From: an uncultured Candidatus Saccharibacteria bacterium
GTDB lineage: Bacteria > Patescibacteriota > Minisyncoccia > Phycocordibacterales > UBA2100
Assembly: GCA_964545165.1 (NCBI GenBank)
Contig: CAZJEQ010000001.1
Span: 65,971 to 129,970, forward strand
Direction: 5' to 3'
Length of the DNA: 64,000 nt
Every line of letters begins with the position of its first letter. The stretch's first letter is position 1. Under the pieces are notes generated by a model. The model had not been told where the DNA came from, ran no database searches, and saw nothing but the letters and a program-made list of their open reading frames with translations. Positions 27,702-37,332 of this stretch are shown one piece after another. Position numbers and translations under genes: made by a program.

Positions 27702-29483
27702 ATGACGGTCATCGAACAGGCACGAAAAGGCGCAGACGGCATCCTGGTCATCGGGAATCATCCGGTGATGGTGCAGGCGATTTTGGATTTTGATTTTCTC
27801 GCCGGCAAACAAACGCCGTCGATCATCGGTATGATCGCGGGGACGCGTAAGACACAGAAATTCTTTTTTGGCACCTCAGAGATTCTCGTTCCGTGCTTCA
27901 AATCGCTCGCCAAAGTGCCAGCAGGATTGGATGCTCGGGTGAAGTGGATGCTCAATGCACAATCCGGTCGCCGTACATTTGAGAGCACGGTGCAATTCTT
28001 CGAGCGTTTCCCAGAAGCCCTCGGCGGACACCTCTTTGCAGAAAATGTGCCCGAGAGTCACGCGACGGAATTAATTCGTCGCTTCGGCTCTCGCTATGTC
28101 ATCGCCGGTCCTTCGGGTGTGGGGATTCTCGTCTCGGGCCACCTCAAGCTTGGCGCCATCGGCGGCGTGGACCTCGCGCAGATCGAGGCGGGCAAGCTCC
28201 ACACGCCGGGTACCATCGCGGTTGTCTCGACCTCGGGGGGTATGACCAATGAGCTCATTCGCGCTGTCTCAGCGCGCGGCAAGCGAGTCTCATTCTCCAT
28301 TTCTATCGGCGGCGATCGGTTTCCCGTGACGTCGCTCACCGATGTACTCTCGCTTGCAGAAGCGGACGAGGAAACGAAAGCGATCGTGTACTTCGGTGAA
28401 TTGGGCGGCTCAGATGAGTATGAAATCGTCGAGATGATCAAGGGAGGGAAGCTCACCAAGCCCATCCTCTGCTACATCGCGGGTGTCATCGACGAGGCCT
28501 TCGACGAGCACATGCAGTTTGGTCATGCCAAAGCGCTCGTCGCACGCAAAGACGAAAGCGCGCGTGCCAAACGCGATGCGCTCTCGGCGGCAGGTGCGAT
28601 CGCGCCGGCGTCCTTCCCGCAATTCCTCACCGAAATCGAGAAGCTTCCCGGCGAGAGTCGTGATAGAGTCGTGGATGTAACACCGCTTATGAATCGCAAG
28701 GCAAGCATTCTTTCGACCCGTAAAATCGTCGATCTCGAGGCGGTCCCGGTATTTGTAAAAGACGGTGCGCTCGTGAAGCAGCCAGAAAATGCCTTCGCGG
28801 CAGCAGCGATCAAGGCGATGATCGGCAAGGAAGTTTCTCCCGAAACCGCCGCACTCGTCGAAAATATTTTTGAACTCCTTATTGATCACGGCGGTCATGT
28901 CTCCGGTGCGGTCAACACCATGATCACTGCTCGTGCCGGCAAAGACATGGTCTCCTCTCTCGCGACCGGACTTCTCACCGTAGGTCCGCGATTTGGTGGC
29001 GCGGTGAACGAAGCTGCGCGTGCGTGGCACGAGGGCGTGCAGGGCAAGAAAGATGCCGCCGTCTTCGTCGAGGAGAAAAACCGCGCCGGACAGCTCCTCT
29101 CGGGTATCGGCCATCGCAAATACCGCGTCGGTATCCCTGATCCGCGTGTCGCCGCGATTGCAGAATTCTCCACACTGCTCTCTGCGCATCCGCACTACGA
29201 TTTTGCGCGCGCCGTCGAAGGTGTCACGACTGCCAAGAACGGGAATCTCATTCTGAATGTCGATGGTGTCATGGCCGCGCTCATACTCGATATGCTTGCC
29301 GAGAAAGACGGCTTTACGGATGCAGAGCTCCAGGAGCTGATCGACGCGGAATTTTTCAATGCACTCTTTGTCATCCCGCGCACTGTCGGTTTCATCTCGC
29401 ACTTCATCGAACAAAAAAAGAATGACGAGGGACTCTTCCGCTTGCCGGACGAACTCCTCTTCGAGCAAGGGGATAGTGAGTAG
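27702..29483 (+). CDS. aclA: ATP-citrate lyase, CoA-binding/lyase subunit
   Basis: Q.ILDFD, SGGMTNEL, IGGDRFP, QFGHA phospho-His, DHG, GL.T.GPRFGGA, GIGHR, NLILNVDG. Confidence 0.92.
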   Translation: MTVIEQARKGADGILVIGNHPVMVQAILDFDFLAGKQTPSIIGMIAGTRKTQKFFFGTSEILVPCFKSLAKVPAGLDARVKWMLNAQSGRRTFESTVQFFERFPEALGGHLFAENVPESHATELIRRFGSRYVIAGPSGVGILVSGHLKLGAIGGVDLAQIEAGKLHTPGTIAVVSTSGGMTNELIRAVSARGKRVSFSISIGGDRFPVTSLTDVLSLAEADEETKAIVYFGELGGSDEYEIVEMIKGGKLTKPILCYIAGVIDEAFDEHMQFGHAKALVARKDESARAKRDALSAAGAIAPASFPQFLTEIEKLPGESRDRVVDVTPLMNRKASILSTRKIVDLEAVPVFVKDGALVKQPENAFAAAAIKAMIGKEVSPETAALVENIFELLIDHGGHVSGAVNTMITARAGKDMVSSLATGLLTVGPRFGGAVNEAARAWHEGVQGKKDAAVFVEEKNRAGQLLSGIGHRKYRVGIPDPRVAAIAEFSTLLSAHPHYDFARAVEGVTTAKNGNLILNVDGVMAALILDMLAEKDGFTDAELQELIDAEFFNALFVIPRTVGFISHFIEQKKNDEGLFRLPDELLFEQGDSE

Positions 29484-29484
29484 C

Positions 29485-29592
29485 CCCGGGCTTCCCGCAT
29501 GTGCTCCGGGGTCGGGAATTTATTGCTATAAATTTCCTCCGTTTCGCGCCGACGCGCTGCAAAGACCCCGTCACACATACAGGAAGCCCGGG
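29485..29592. repeat. Long nested hairpin sharing loop modules with the tRNA-Leu and rpsR elements
   Basis: Outer IRs cccgggcttcc/ggaagcccggg and cggggtc/gaccccg enclose two hairpins with minus-strand loops T-AGCA-A and GC-GTCG-GC. Confidence 0.75.
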
Positions 29593-29614
29593 TCTTGGTG
29601 GTAGAATTATTTGA

Positions 29615-31627
29615 ATGCCTCCTTCGGATCATGAACAAGAGCGTGTCGAGCGCTTGAAGCGCGCAATGTATAGCCGCGACCTTTCGGGCAAGCTGAAAGA
29701 GCGCCCGCGCCATGAGCTCGACGATGGGAAGGCGCCGGTAGGAGAGGACTGGGTGCGCCCTGAGCCGAGCATCGCCGGTGTCCCTGTCGCACCCAAGGTC
29801 TTGCACATGACACGATCACTCCTCAAATGGTTTCTCATGATCGCCGTCCTGTTTTTTGTCGTGGCGGTTGCGTTTTTCGTCTACTTCTTTGCATTTGGCT
29901 CCGGATCGCACCCGGCGTCGCCGAGCAACATCGACATTACCGTCACCGGCCCGCCGACCATTGCGGGGGGAGAAATATCAGAGTTACAGGTGGTCATCCA
30001 GAATCGCAACAATGTCCCGCTCGAGCTTGCTGATCTGGTAGTGAACTTCCCATCGGGAACACGTTCGCCGGCGGATTTTGCAACCGATCTGCCATCGACC
30101 CGTATTCCACTCGGCACCATTCCTCCTGGTGGAAAGCGACAGGGGACCATTCCTGCCGTCTTCTCCGGTGCAGGCTCATCGAAATCGAATGTGTTGGTTC
30201 AGTTGGAGTATCGTGTCGGCGGATCTAATGCAATTTTCCTGGCCAAGCGCGATTACGCGATTACCTTCCGCACCTCACCGATCGTGATATCGATTGACGG
30301 CAATACCGAGACGGTCTCGGGTCAGCCCGTGCGCTTTACCGCCAATGTCGTCTCCAATGCGAGTGCGCCGCAAAAAGATATCGTGCTTCATATCGACTAT
30401 CCTTTTGGTTTTTCTCTTACGGGTGCTGATCCTTCGCCAAACGCTGCGAATACCTGGTACTTGGGAGACTTTGCGCCAGGCGAAGTAAAGTCGGTGGAGA
30501 TCAATGGCACCGTGCGCGGTGAGCCAGGCGACGCGCGCGTGTTTCATCTCACGGCGGGCACGCGCAAGAGTCCGCAAGCATCGACGATCGACACCAAGCT
30601 TGCCGATAGCACGCACCCGATGCGCATCTCAGACTCTTTCCTCGGTCTCTCGATTGGCATCAATAGCGGATCGAAAACAGCGCCGGAGTCAGATCCGTTT
30701 ACGACCGTGCTCTCAACACAAGGTGCGGCGATCGTTGGTCCTGGTGAGACGGTCGCGGTCACCGTCTCATATGTAAACAATCTTTCGACCGCGATTACCG
30801 ACGCCATTATCGTAGCCCGGCTCACGGGGCTCCCGATAGATGGCTCAACCGTACGCACTACCGACGGCTTCTATCGCTCGAGCGATGGCGTGGTTCTGTG
30901 GGACAAAACGACGACCAAAGGAAAGCTCGGTACGATTGCTGCGGGTGCGCATGGGACGCTTTCCTTCACCTTCAAGGCACCGGACATTAAAGCGATCAAC
31001 GGCAGTGCCGCGGTGGACATTAGCGTCAACGCGGCAGGTAAGCGCGCCTCGGAGACAAACGTCCCGCAAAATCTGCAGTCTGCCGCCGTAAAGAAAGTGC
31101 AAATCGCATCCAATCTGCAGCTGTTTGCGCAGGGCCTGTACTACACCAATCCCTTCCTCGAAAATCGTGAAGGTCCTATGCCGCCGAAGGCACAGATCGA
31201 GACCAACTACGGCCTCCTCTTTACCATCACCAATACGACAAGCCGCATAACCAATGCACGCCTTACGGCGCATCTGCCGTCCTATGTGCGCTGGCTCGGC
31301 AAATATGCTCCTGGCTCGGCTGCCATAACAGTGAGTGCGGCGGATGGGACCGTGACGTGGAATGTGGGCGATATTGCGCCCGGTACCGGCATCACGGGGA
31401 CGGAGCCGCTCCAGGCAGCAATCCTGGTCGGCTTTACACCCTCAACCTCACAAATCGGCCAGGTCCCGGTCTTGCTCGAAGATATCGTGCTCACTGGTAC
31501 CGATAGCGCGACCGGTCAGAAGATCATATGCGGCGAGAGCACGACCAGCTGTGCCGCCAAGGACATTACGACCAATCTCTCGGGAGATGCGGGCTTCAAT
31601 CCGGGCGATGGCATCGTTGCGCAATAG
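29615..31627 (+). CDS. Membrane-anchored extracellular protein with tandem Ig-like (DUF11-like) domains
   Basis: Single N-terminal TM helix followed by repeated beta-rich modules (W.LG...PG). Confidence 0.75.
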   Translation: MPPSDHEQERVERLKRAMYSRDLSGKLKERPRHELDDGKAPVGEDWVRPEPSIAGVPVAPKVLHMTRSLLKWFLMIAVLFFVVAVAFFVYFFAFGSGSHPASPSNIDITVTGPPTIAGGEISELQVVIQNRNNVPLELADLVVNFPSGTRSPADFATDLPSTRIPLGTIPPGGKRQGTIPAVFSGAGSSKSNVLVQLEYRVGGSNAIFLAKRDYAITFRTSPIVISIDGNTETVSGQPVRFTANVVSNASAPQKDIVLHIDYPFGFSLTGADPSPNAANTWYLGDFAPGEVKSVEINGTVRGEPGDARVFHLTAGTRKSPQASTIDTKLADSTHPMRISDSFLGLSIGINSGSKTAPESDPFTTVLSTQGAAIVGPGETVAVTVSYVNNLSTAITDAIIVARLTGLPIDGSTVRTTDGFYRSSDGVVLWDKTTTKGKLGTIAAGAHGTLSFTFKAPDIKAINGSAAVDISVNAAGKRASETNVPQNLQSAAVKKVQIASNLQLFAQGLYYTNPFLENREGPMPPKAQIETNYGLLFTITNTTSRITNARLTAHLPSYVRWLGKYAPGSAAITVSAADGTVTWNVGDIAPGTGITGTEPLQAAILVGFTPSTSQIGQVPVLLEDIVLTGTDSATGQKIICGESTTSCAAKDITTNLSGDAGFNPGDGIVAQ

Positions 31628-31664
31628 GATTCTATTTCGGACTGTTCTACGGTAGACTCTTCTC

Positions 31665-32990
31665 ATGTCGGACGTAACGATGGACAAGATTATCTCGCTC
31701 TGTAAGCGCCGTGGCTTTATCTACCCGGGCTCTGAAATCTACGGGGGACTCTCCGGCACCTGGGATTACGGCCCGCTCGGCATCGAGCTCAAGAACAACG
31801 TTAAGCAGCTCTGGTGGCGCATGTTTGTGCATGATCGCGAAGACATGGCAGGCGTCGACGCGGCGATTTTGATGAATGCAGACGTCTGGAAGGCCTCCGG
31901 CCACGTCGCAGGCTTTTCTGACCCACTCGTCGAATGCTCCAACTGTAAGAATCGTTTCCGTGCTGATCATCTCGAGGACGCAGATGTGTGTCCGTCGTGT
32001 GGCAAGAAGGGTACGATCGGTGAAGCACGACAATTCAACATGATGTTCCAGACGCAGATCGGTGCGACCGAAGACGCGTCGTCGGTCTCATACTTGCGCC
32101 CCGAGACAGCTGGAGGTATCTTCGTGAATTTCAAAAACGTCGTCGATTCGCTCCATCCGAAGTTGCCGTTTGGTATGGCACAAATCGGTAAGGCATTTCG
32201 CAATGAGATCGCGCCGCGTGATTTTATCTTCCGCTCGCGTGAATTCGAGCAGATGGAAATCGAATATTTCATCAAGCCATCGGAGTGGGAGGGGAGCTTT
32301 GAGGAGTGGCGCCAGCAGGTGCATGCCTTTATCGATGCGGTTGGTATCGCGCGCGAAGGAGTGCACGAGCTGGAGGTCGCCGACGATGATCGCGCGCATT
32401 ACTCCAAGCGCACGATTGATTTTGAATTTGATTTCCCGTTTGGTCGCAAAGAATTGTACGGACTCGCATACCGCACGGATTTTGATCTCTCCGCACATGC
32501 TGGAGCGTCCAAGCAGGAGCTCTCGATCATCGTTGATGATGCCACGGGTGAAAAAATCGTACCGCACGTGATCGAGCCGTCGTTTGGCGTCGATCGCACT
32601 ATCCTCGCGATTCTCGCCAGCGCATACACCGAAGATGAGCTTGGTGGGGAAGTGCGCACCTATCTGAAATTTGCTCCCGCTGTTGCGCCGATCAAGGCAG
32701 CGGTATTTCCGCTCCTCAAGAACAAACCTGAACTCGTGGAGAAGGCGCGTGAGATCTATGCGGCGCTCAAGCGCGAAGTGCCGCAGATCATGTGGGACGA
32801 CAACGGCAACATCGGTAAGCGCTATCGTCGCCAGGATGAGATCGGCACGCCGCTCTGTATCACCATCGATTTCGATACGCTCGGAGAAAATCCAGAATTG
32901 CTCGACACGGTCACCGTGCGCGACCGCGACAGCGGAGCACAGCAGCGCGTCCATGTGAGTGAGTTGACAAAACTGCTGAAATTTGCATAA
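31665..32990 (+). CDS. glyQS: Glycine--tRNA ligase, homodimeric type
   Basis: KRRGFI, YLRPETA, FRNEI.PR.FIFR.REFEQME, IGKRYRRQDEIGTP. Confidence 0.97.
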   Translation: MSDVTMDKIISLCKRRGFIYPGSEIYGGLSGTWDYGPLGIELKNNVKQLWWRMFVHDREDMAGVDAAILMNADVWKASGHVAGFSDPLVECSNCKNRFRADHLEDADVCPSCGKKGTIGEARQFNMMFQTQIGATEDASSVSYLRPETAGGIFVNFKNVVDSLHPKLPFGMAQIGKAFRNEIAPRDFIFRSREFEQMEIEYFIKPSEWEGSFEEWRQQVHAFIDAVGIAREGVHELEVADDDRAHYSKRTIDFEFDFPFGRKELYGLAYRTDFDLSAHAGASKQELSIIVDDATGEKIVPHVIEPSFGVDRTILAILASAYTEDELGGEVRTYLKFAPAVAPIKAAVFPLLKNKPELVEKAREIYAALKREVPQIMWDDNGNIGKRYRRQDEIGTPLCITIDFDTLGENPELLDTVTVRDRDSGAQQRVHVSELTKLLKFA

Positions 32991-33057
32991 TATCGCGCAG
33001 GTTAGCGTACGCCGCTCCCTCGCGGTGTCACCAACCGTCAACAGACGGAGAACAAGA

Positions 33058-33507
33058 ATGTCAAATCTGGTGGTGCTCATCAGTCGTCCCACGAGACGAG
33101 GTACGGTCAAGTGGAGTCTGATCAACAGCGTGATGCTGGTTGCCGTTGGCGAACGGGCTCGCTTCGCCATCATCTACCTCCCTCATCTGCGCAAGCCGCT
33201 GAGTCACGAAGATTTGCGTGTCATCAGCGCCTATCACGATGGGTGGCCAACGGGTGAGATCACGGCCGATGGTCGAACCGTCTTCATGGCGGTACCGCTT
33301 GAGCAGGTAGGGCGAGGTGATCTCGCACGCCTGCGCCGGCTGCTCGAAGACATGATCGGCGACGATATCGTGGAACTGAATGCCTCGGTCGACAACTTCG
33401 ACGTCTTGTACGAAGAGATTCTCGACCGCGTCCATGCGCCGCGGCTGCCGCGGATCACCAGAACATTGCCAAAGCGCGTCCGACAAAAGCGCGCGGCAAC
33501 TAGTTAA
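33058..33507 (+). CDS. Orphan hypothetical protein
   Basis: SD GGAG before ATG; terminator-like hairpin at about 33528-33572. Confidence 0.55.
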   Translation: MSNLVVLISRPTRRGTVKWSLINSVMLVAVGERARFAIIYLPHLRKPLSHEDLRVISAYHDGWPTGEITADGRTVFMAVPLEQVGRGDLARLRRLLEDMIGDDIVELNASVDNFDVLYEEILDRVHAPRLPRITRTLPKRVRQKRAATS

Positions 33508-33601
33508 GCGGGAGCTGTCTCCGCTGTCGACCTCGTTTTTCCCTGGGAAGGAGAAACGAGGTCATCTTTTTTATAAAGCCGTACATGCTACGATGCGCCG
33601 T

Positions 33602-34666
33602 ATGAGCGAGCGGATCATGAATATTTCCATCACTCCTGGTACGGTCGTCAAAACGATCGTTATCCTCGGCCTGGCCGCCCTCTTCTACAAAATCTTCGAT
33701 ATTGTCCTCATCGTGCTCGTGGCGATTACGATTGCCTCGGCGATTGAGCCAGGCGTCGCCGGTCTCGTCGCGCGCAAAATTCCACGTATCTTGGCGGTTA
33801 TTTCGATCTACTTGCTGATGTTTAGCGTGTTTTTTGTGATGTTCTATTTCTTCCTCCCGTCTGTGCTGGAAGATTTCGCGACGTTTATTTCGCAGCTGCC
33901 ATCCTATCTTGAGAACTTCACGCGCAGTGGTGCATTCGATACGTATTCCAAGATTCTTGGACTGCCCGCGCCCACTGATGCATCCGCCGAAGAGATGATG
34001 GCGGGTATTCGAGGATTTTTTGATCTCGGTGCGGCCTTCGGCAATCCGATTGCTGCAGCAGGCGCTATTTTCGGCGGGCTCTTCTCCTTTATGATCATCG
34101 TGATCTTTTCGTTTTACTTTGCGGTGATCGATACGGGTGTCGATGATTTCCTCCGCATCGTGACGCCCAAGTCGTATCAGTCGTACATCCAAGGACTCTG
34201 GAAGCGCTCACAGAAGAAGATCGGTCTGTGGATGCAGGGGCAGCTTATCTTGGCAGTCATCATCGGCGTACTGGTCTTCCTTGGCCTCACGATCATCGGA
34301 GTGCCGCATGCGCTCGTGCTCGCGGTGATTGCGGCGTGTTTCGAGCTCATCCCGGTATTCGGCCCAACGCTCTCGGCAGTGCCGGCGATCATCATCGGAT
34401 TCGTCTATGGCGGTCCGCTCACGGGCCTCGTGGTGATCGGGCTCTACGTGGTCTTGCAGCAGTTTGAAAATCATTTGATCTATCCGCTCGTCGTGACCCG
34501 CGTCGTCGGCGTCTCGCCGATCCTCGTGATTCTCGCACTCATTATCGGCGCCGATCTCTTCGGCTTCGCCGGTGTTATTCTCTCGGTCCCTGCTGCGGCC
34601 GTCCTCCAGGAATTTGTGCGCGATCTGCAGGCAGGGCGACTGCCGTTTCAGCAGCAGGAAGCATAG
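33602..34666 (+). CDS. AI-2E (UPF0118) family transporter
   Basis: W..GQL, ELIP.FGP, QQFENHLIYP, GV.LSVP.AA. Confidence 0.92.
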   Translation: MSERIMNISITPGTVVKTIVILGLAALFYKIFDIVLIVLVAITIASAIEPGVAGLVARKIPRILAVISIYLLMFSVFFVMFYFFLPSVLEDFATFISQLPSYLENFTRSGAFDTYSKILGLPAPTDASAEEMMAGIRGFFDLGAAFGNPIAAAGAIFGGLFSFMIIVIFSFYFAVIDTGVDDFLRIVTPKSYQSYIQGLWKRSQKKIGLWMQGQLILAVIIGVLVFLGLTIIGVPHALVLAVIAACFELIPVFGPTLSAVPAIIIGFVYGGPLTGLVVIGLYVVLQQFENHLIYPLVVTRVVGVSPILVILALIIGADLFGFAGVILSVPAAAVLQEFVRDLQAGRLPFQQQEA

Positions 34667-34668
34667 CT

Positions 34669-36105
34669 ATGGCAAAGCCTCTCTACCTCACCACGACCTT
34701 GCCGTACGTAAATGCTGATCCGCACATCGGCTTTGCGCTCGAGATGGTGCAGGCTGATATCCTGGTGCGCTATCGCGGATTGCTCGGTGATGATGTGTTT
34801 TTCACCACGGGCACCGACGAGCACGGCCAGAAATTGTACGAGGCTTCGCAGAAGGCAGGGAAGAGCCCGCAGGAATACGTCGACGAATACGCCGCCAAAT
34901 TCCGCTCACTCAAAGACACATTGAATCTCTCGCCGGATCTGCATTTTATTCGCACCACTGATCCGCATCACATGGCAGCTGCGCAAGAAATCTGGAAGCG
35001 CTGTGCAGCCAAGGGTGATATTGAGAAGCGTACCTACAAGGGTCTCTACTGCGTGGGCGACGAAGCGTTTATGAAAGAGAACGACCTCGTGAATGGTCGC
35101 TGCCCCAATCATCCAAACATGGACCTCGTCGAGCTCGAGGAAGAGAATTATTTCTTCAAGCTCTCGAATTACCAGGAAAAAATCCTCGCGTATCTCTCCC
35201 GCGAAGGCGTGATCGTACCGGAATGGCGTCGCCAGGAGGCGATCACATTCGTCGAGAAAGGGCTCGAAGATTTCTCCATCTCACGCGTGAAAGAGAAGAT
35301 GCCGTGGGGTATTCCGGTCCCAGGCGACGATACGCAGGTGATGTACGTGTGGTTTGACGCGCTCACCAATTACATCTCGACGCTCGGCTGGCCCGAAGAT
35401 CACGACGGTAATTTCAAAAAGTTTTGGGAAGGAGGTGAGGTCATGCAGATGGCCGGGAAGGACCAGGTGCGATTCCAGTCGATCATGTGGCAAGCCATGC
35501 TCATGAGCGCGGGGATCAAAAACACCGATCGCGTCTTCTATCATGGCTTTATCACGAGTGGCGGGCAGAAGATGTCAAAATCGCTCGGCAATGTGATCGA
35601 TCCGATCGCGATTGCTGAGGAATATGGCATCGATGCACTGCGCTTTTTCTTGGCGCGCCACATTCACCCGTTTGAGGATTCCGATTTCACCATGGAGCGC
35701 TTCAAAGAGACGTACAACGCCGATCTCGCCAATGGGCTCGGCAATCTTGCGGCGCGTATCATGACGCTCGCCGAGACGCATCTTGAGCAGCCCATCGAGC
35801 GGCCGGAGCCGACGGGCCTTCCCGACGCCTACACGGGTGCGCTCGCGATCTACGACTACAATCGTGCGTTTGAATATGTCTGGAGCCGCATCGCCGCGCT
35901 CGATCAGCGCATCGCCGAAGAGAAGCCATTCTCGCTGGTGAAGACCGATGTGGAGGCAGGGAAGCGCATGATCGCGGAGCTTGCGGCTGAGCTCTACGCC
36001 ATCGTGCGATTGGTGACGCCGGTGATGCCTGAGACGAGTGCGAAGATCAAAGCGACGATTCTTGCCAACAAAAAGCCGGAAACCCTTTTCCCACGTAAGG
36101 AGTAG
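34669..36105 (+). CDS. metG: Methionine--tRNA ligase (short form)
   Basis: PYVNADPHIG, TGTDEHGQK, YVWFDALTNY, KMSKSLGN. Confidence 0.97.
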   Translation: MAKPLYLTTTLPYVNADPHIGFALEMVQADILVRYRGLLGDDVFFTTGTDEHGQKLYEASQKAGKSPQEYVDEYAAKFRSLKDTLNLSPDLHFIRTTDPHHMAAAQEIWKRCAAKGDIEKRTYKGLYCVGDEAFMKENDLVNGRCPNHPNMDLVELEEENYFFKLSNYQEKILAYLSREGVIVPEWRRQEAITFVEKGLEDFSISRVKEKMPWGIPVPGDDTQVMYVWFDALTNYISTLGWPEDHDGNFKKFWEGGEVMQMAGKDQVRFQSIMWQAMLMSAGIKNTDRVFYHGFITSGGQKMSKSLGNVIDPIAIAEEYGIDALRFFLARHIHPFEDSDFTMERFKETYNADLANGLGNLAARIMTLAETHLEQPIERPEPTGLPDAYTGALAIYDYNRAFEYVWSRIAALDQRIAEEKPFSLVKTDVEAGKRMIAELAAELYAIVRLVTPVMPETSAKIKATILANKKPETLFPRKE

Positions 36106-36107
36106 GT

Positions 36108-36980
36108 ATGGATACAACGGTCTTTGCGTGGACTATTGCTGCGACTATTTTTGCTGGTCTCCAGACATTTATCGGCAAGGTTGTTGCGCATGAACGACGC
36201 GATTCTGCGTTCAACGGTATATTCATGTACGGAATTTCCGGCGTGGTCGGTGTCGCGTGGCTCGCGACGATGACCGAGGTACCCGCCGCATGGCTCGCCG
36301 TTGCAGCGTTTAGTTTTGCTGGTGGTGGTGTGCATGCGGTGGGAAATTTCTTTCGCATCGAAGCGCTCAAGCATGTCGATAGCGTCATTTTCTTCCCTAT
36401 AAACAAAATACTTGGACCGGTATTAGCGGTACTCGCGGGCGTTTTTATTTTTACGGAGTCGTTGACCCCGACCCAGTACATCGGCATCTTCCTCAGTCTC
36501 ACCGTACCGCTCCTTTTGGTCTCGCAAGCTGAGCATCATCGTCAGAACAATTTAAAAAAGGGAGTTGTCTATCTTTTGTTCGCGACAGCACTCTCGGTAA
36601 TCTCACTTGTCGTGTCAAAAGGAGCCTTTATCTACGGGGGCGACGTCATGTTCGTTATGTTCGGGTCCCAGGTGGCGGGCTTTCTCGTCTCGGTGACAAT
36701 CTTCAAACTCACTCGGGGGAATTTCCACTCCGCATTTTCGATGCCACGACGAGATTTGTGGCTCGGCGTGCTCTCGGGCGTGTTGGGATTCCTGTCGTAT
36801 TTCACCTTCCTGCAGGCTATCAGTGGCGGGTATTTGAGTCTCGTCTACGTCATTCACGCGCACTATATTTTGATCCCCATCGTGCTTGCTGTATGGCTAC
36901 ATCGGGATCATATCGACGCACGTAAGCTCTTTGCCATCGTGGTTTCGTCACTCGCGGTTATTCTTCTGTATAAGGCATAA
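36108..36980 (+). CDS. EamA/DMT family transporter
   Basis: About 10 TM helices in two EamA-like halves. Confidence 0.85.
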   Translation: MDTTVFAWTIAATIFAGLQTFIGKVVAHERRDSAFNGIFMYGISGVVGVAWLATMTEVPAAWLAVAAFSFAGGGVHAVGNFFRIEALKHVDSVIFFPINKILGPVLAVLAGVFIFTESLTPTQYIGIFLSLTVPLLLVSQAEHHRQNNLKKGVVYLLFATALSVISLVVSKGAFIYGGDVMFVMFGSQVAGFLVSVTIFKLTRGNFHSAFSMPRRDLWLGVLSGVLGFLSYFTFLQAISGGYLSLVYVIHAHYILIPIVLAVWLHRDHIDARKLFAIVVSSLAVILLYKA

Positions 36981-36988
36981 GACATTGC

Positions 36989-37318
36989 ATGCTTCCGGAC
37001 ACTGATATTGAAGTGCGGGTGATGAAGAGTGGTTTGCGTGCCGTCTTCGCACTCACCGATTTCATGCCGGGCGCGGTGATCTGTACGTGGGATGCGTCGA
37101 ATACATTTACCGACGAGCAGTATGCGGAGCTGTCGATGGAGCAGCGCGCCTTCGTGCGGCGCTTTGACGATACGTGGACATTTATGACCGAGCCGGTGTG
37201 CTACATGCGCCATGATCCGAAGGGTACTGCTATCTCCCGACGTGGCGCGATCGTGGCGATCAAAGAGATACATGCGGGAGAGGAAATTACCATCAATTAC
37301 GAAGCGGCGCTCACATAA
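36989..37318 (+). CDS. Minimal SET-domain protein (degenerate motif)
   Basis: G.RAVFA..DF.PG..I and IVA.KEI.AGEEITINY; the NHS motif appears as RHD. Confidence 0.75.
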   Translation: MLPDTDIEVRVMKSGLRAVFALTDFMPGAVICTWDASNTFTDEQYAELSMEQRAFVRRFDDTWTFMTEPVCYMRHDPKGTAISRRGAIVAIKEIHAGEEITINYEAALT

Positions 37319-37332
37319 GCTATAGTGTTTCC

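Noticed and set aside
29485-29592. SRP RNA or 6S RNA
   Set aside because: Lacks the SRP helix-8 GNRA/AGCAG signature and is short for 6S. Not called, though an Rfam scan is needed to exclude these fully.
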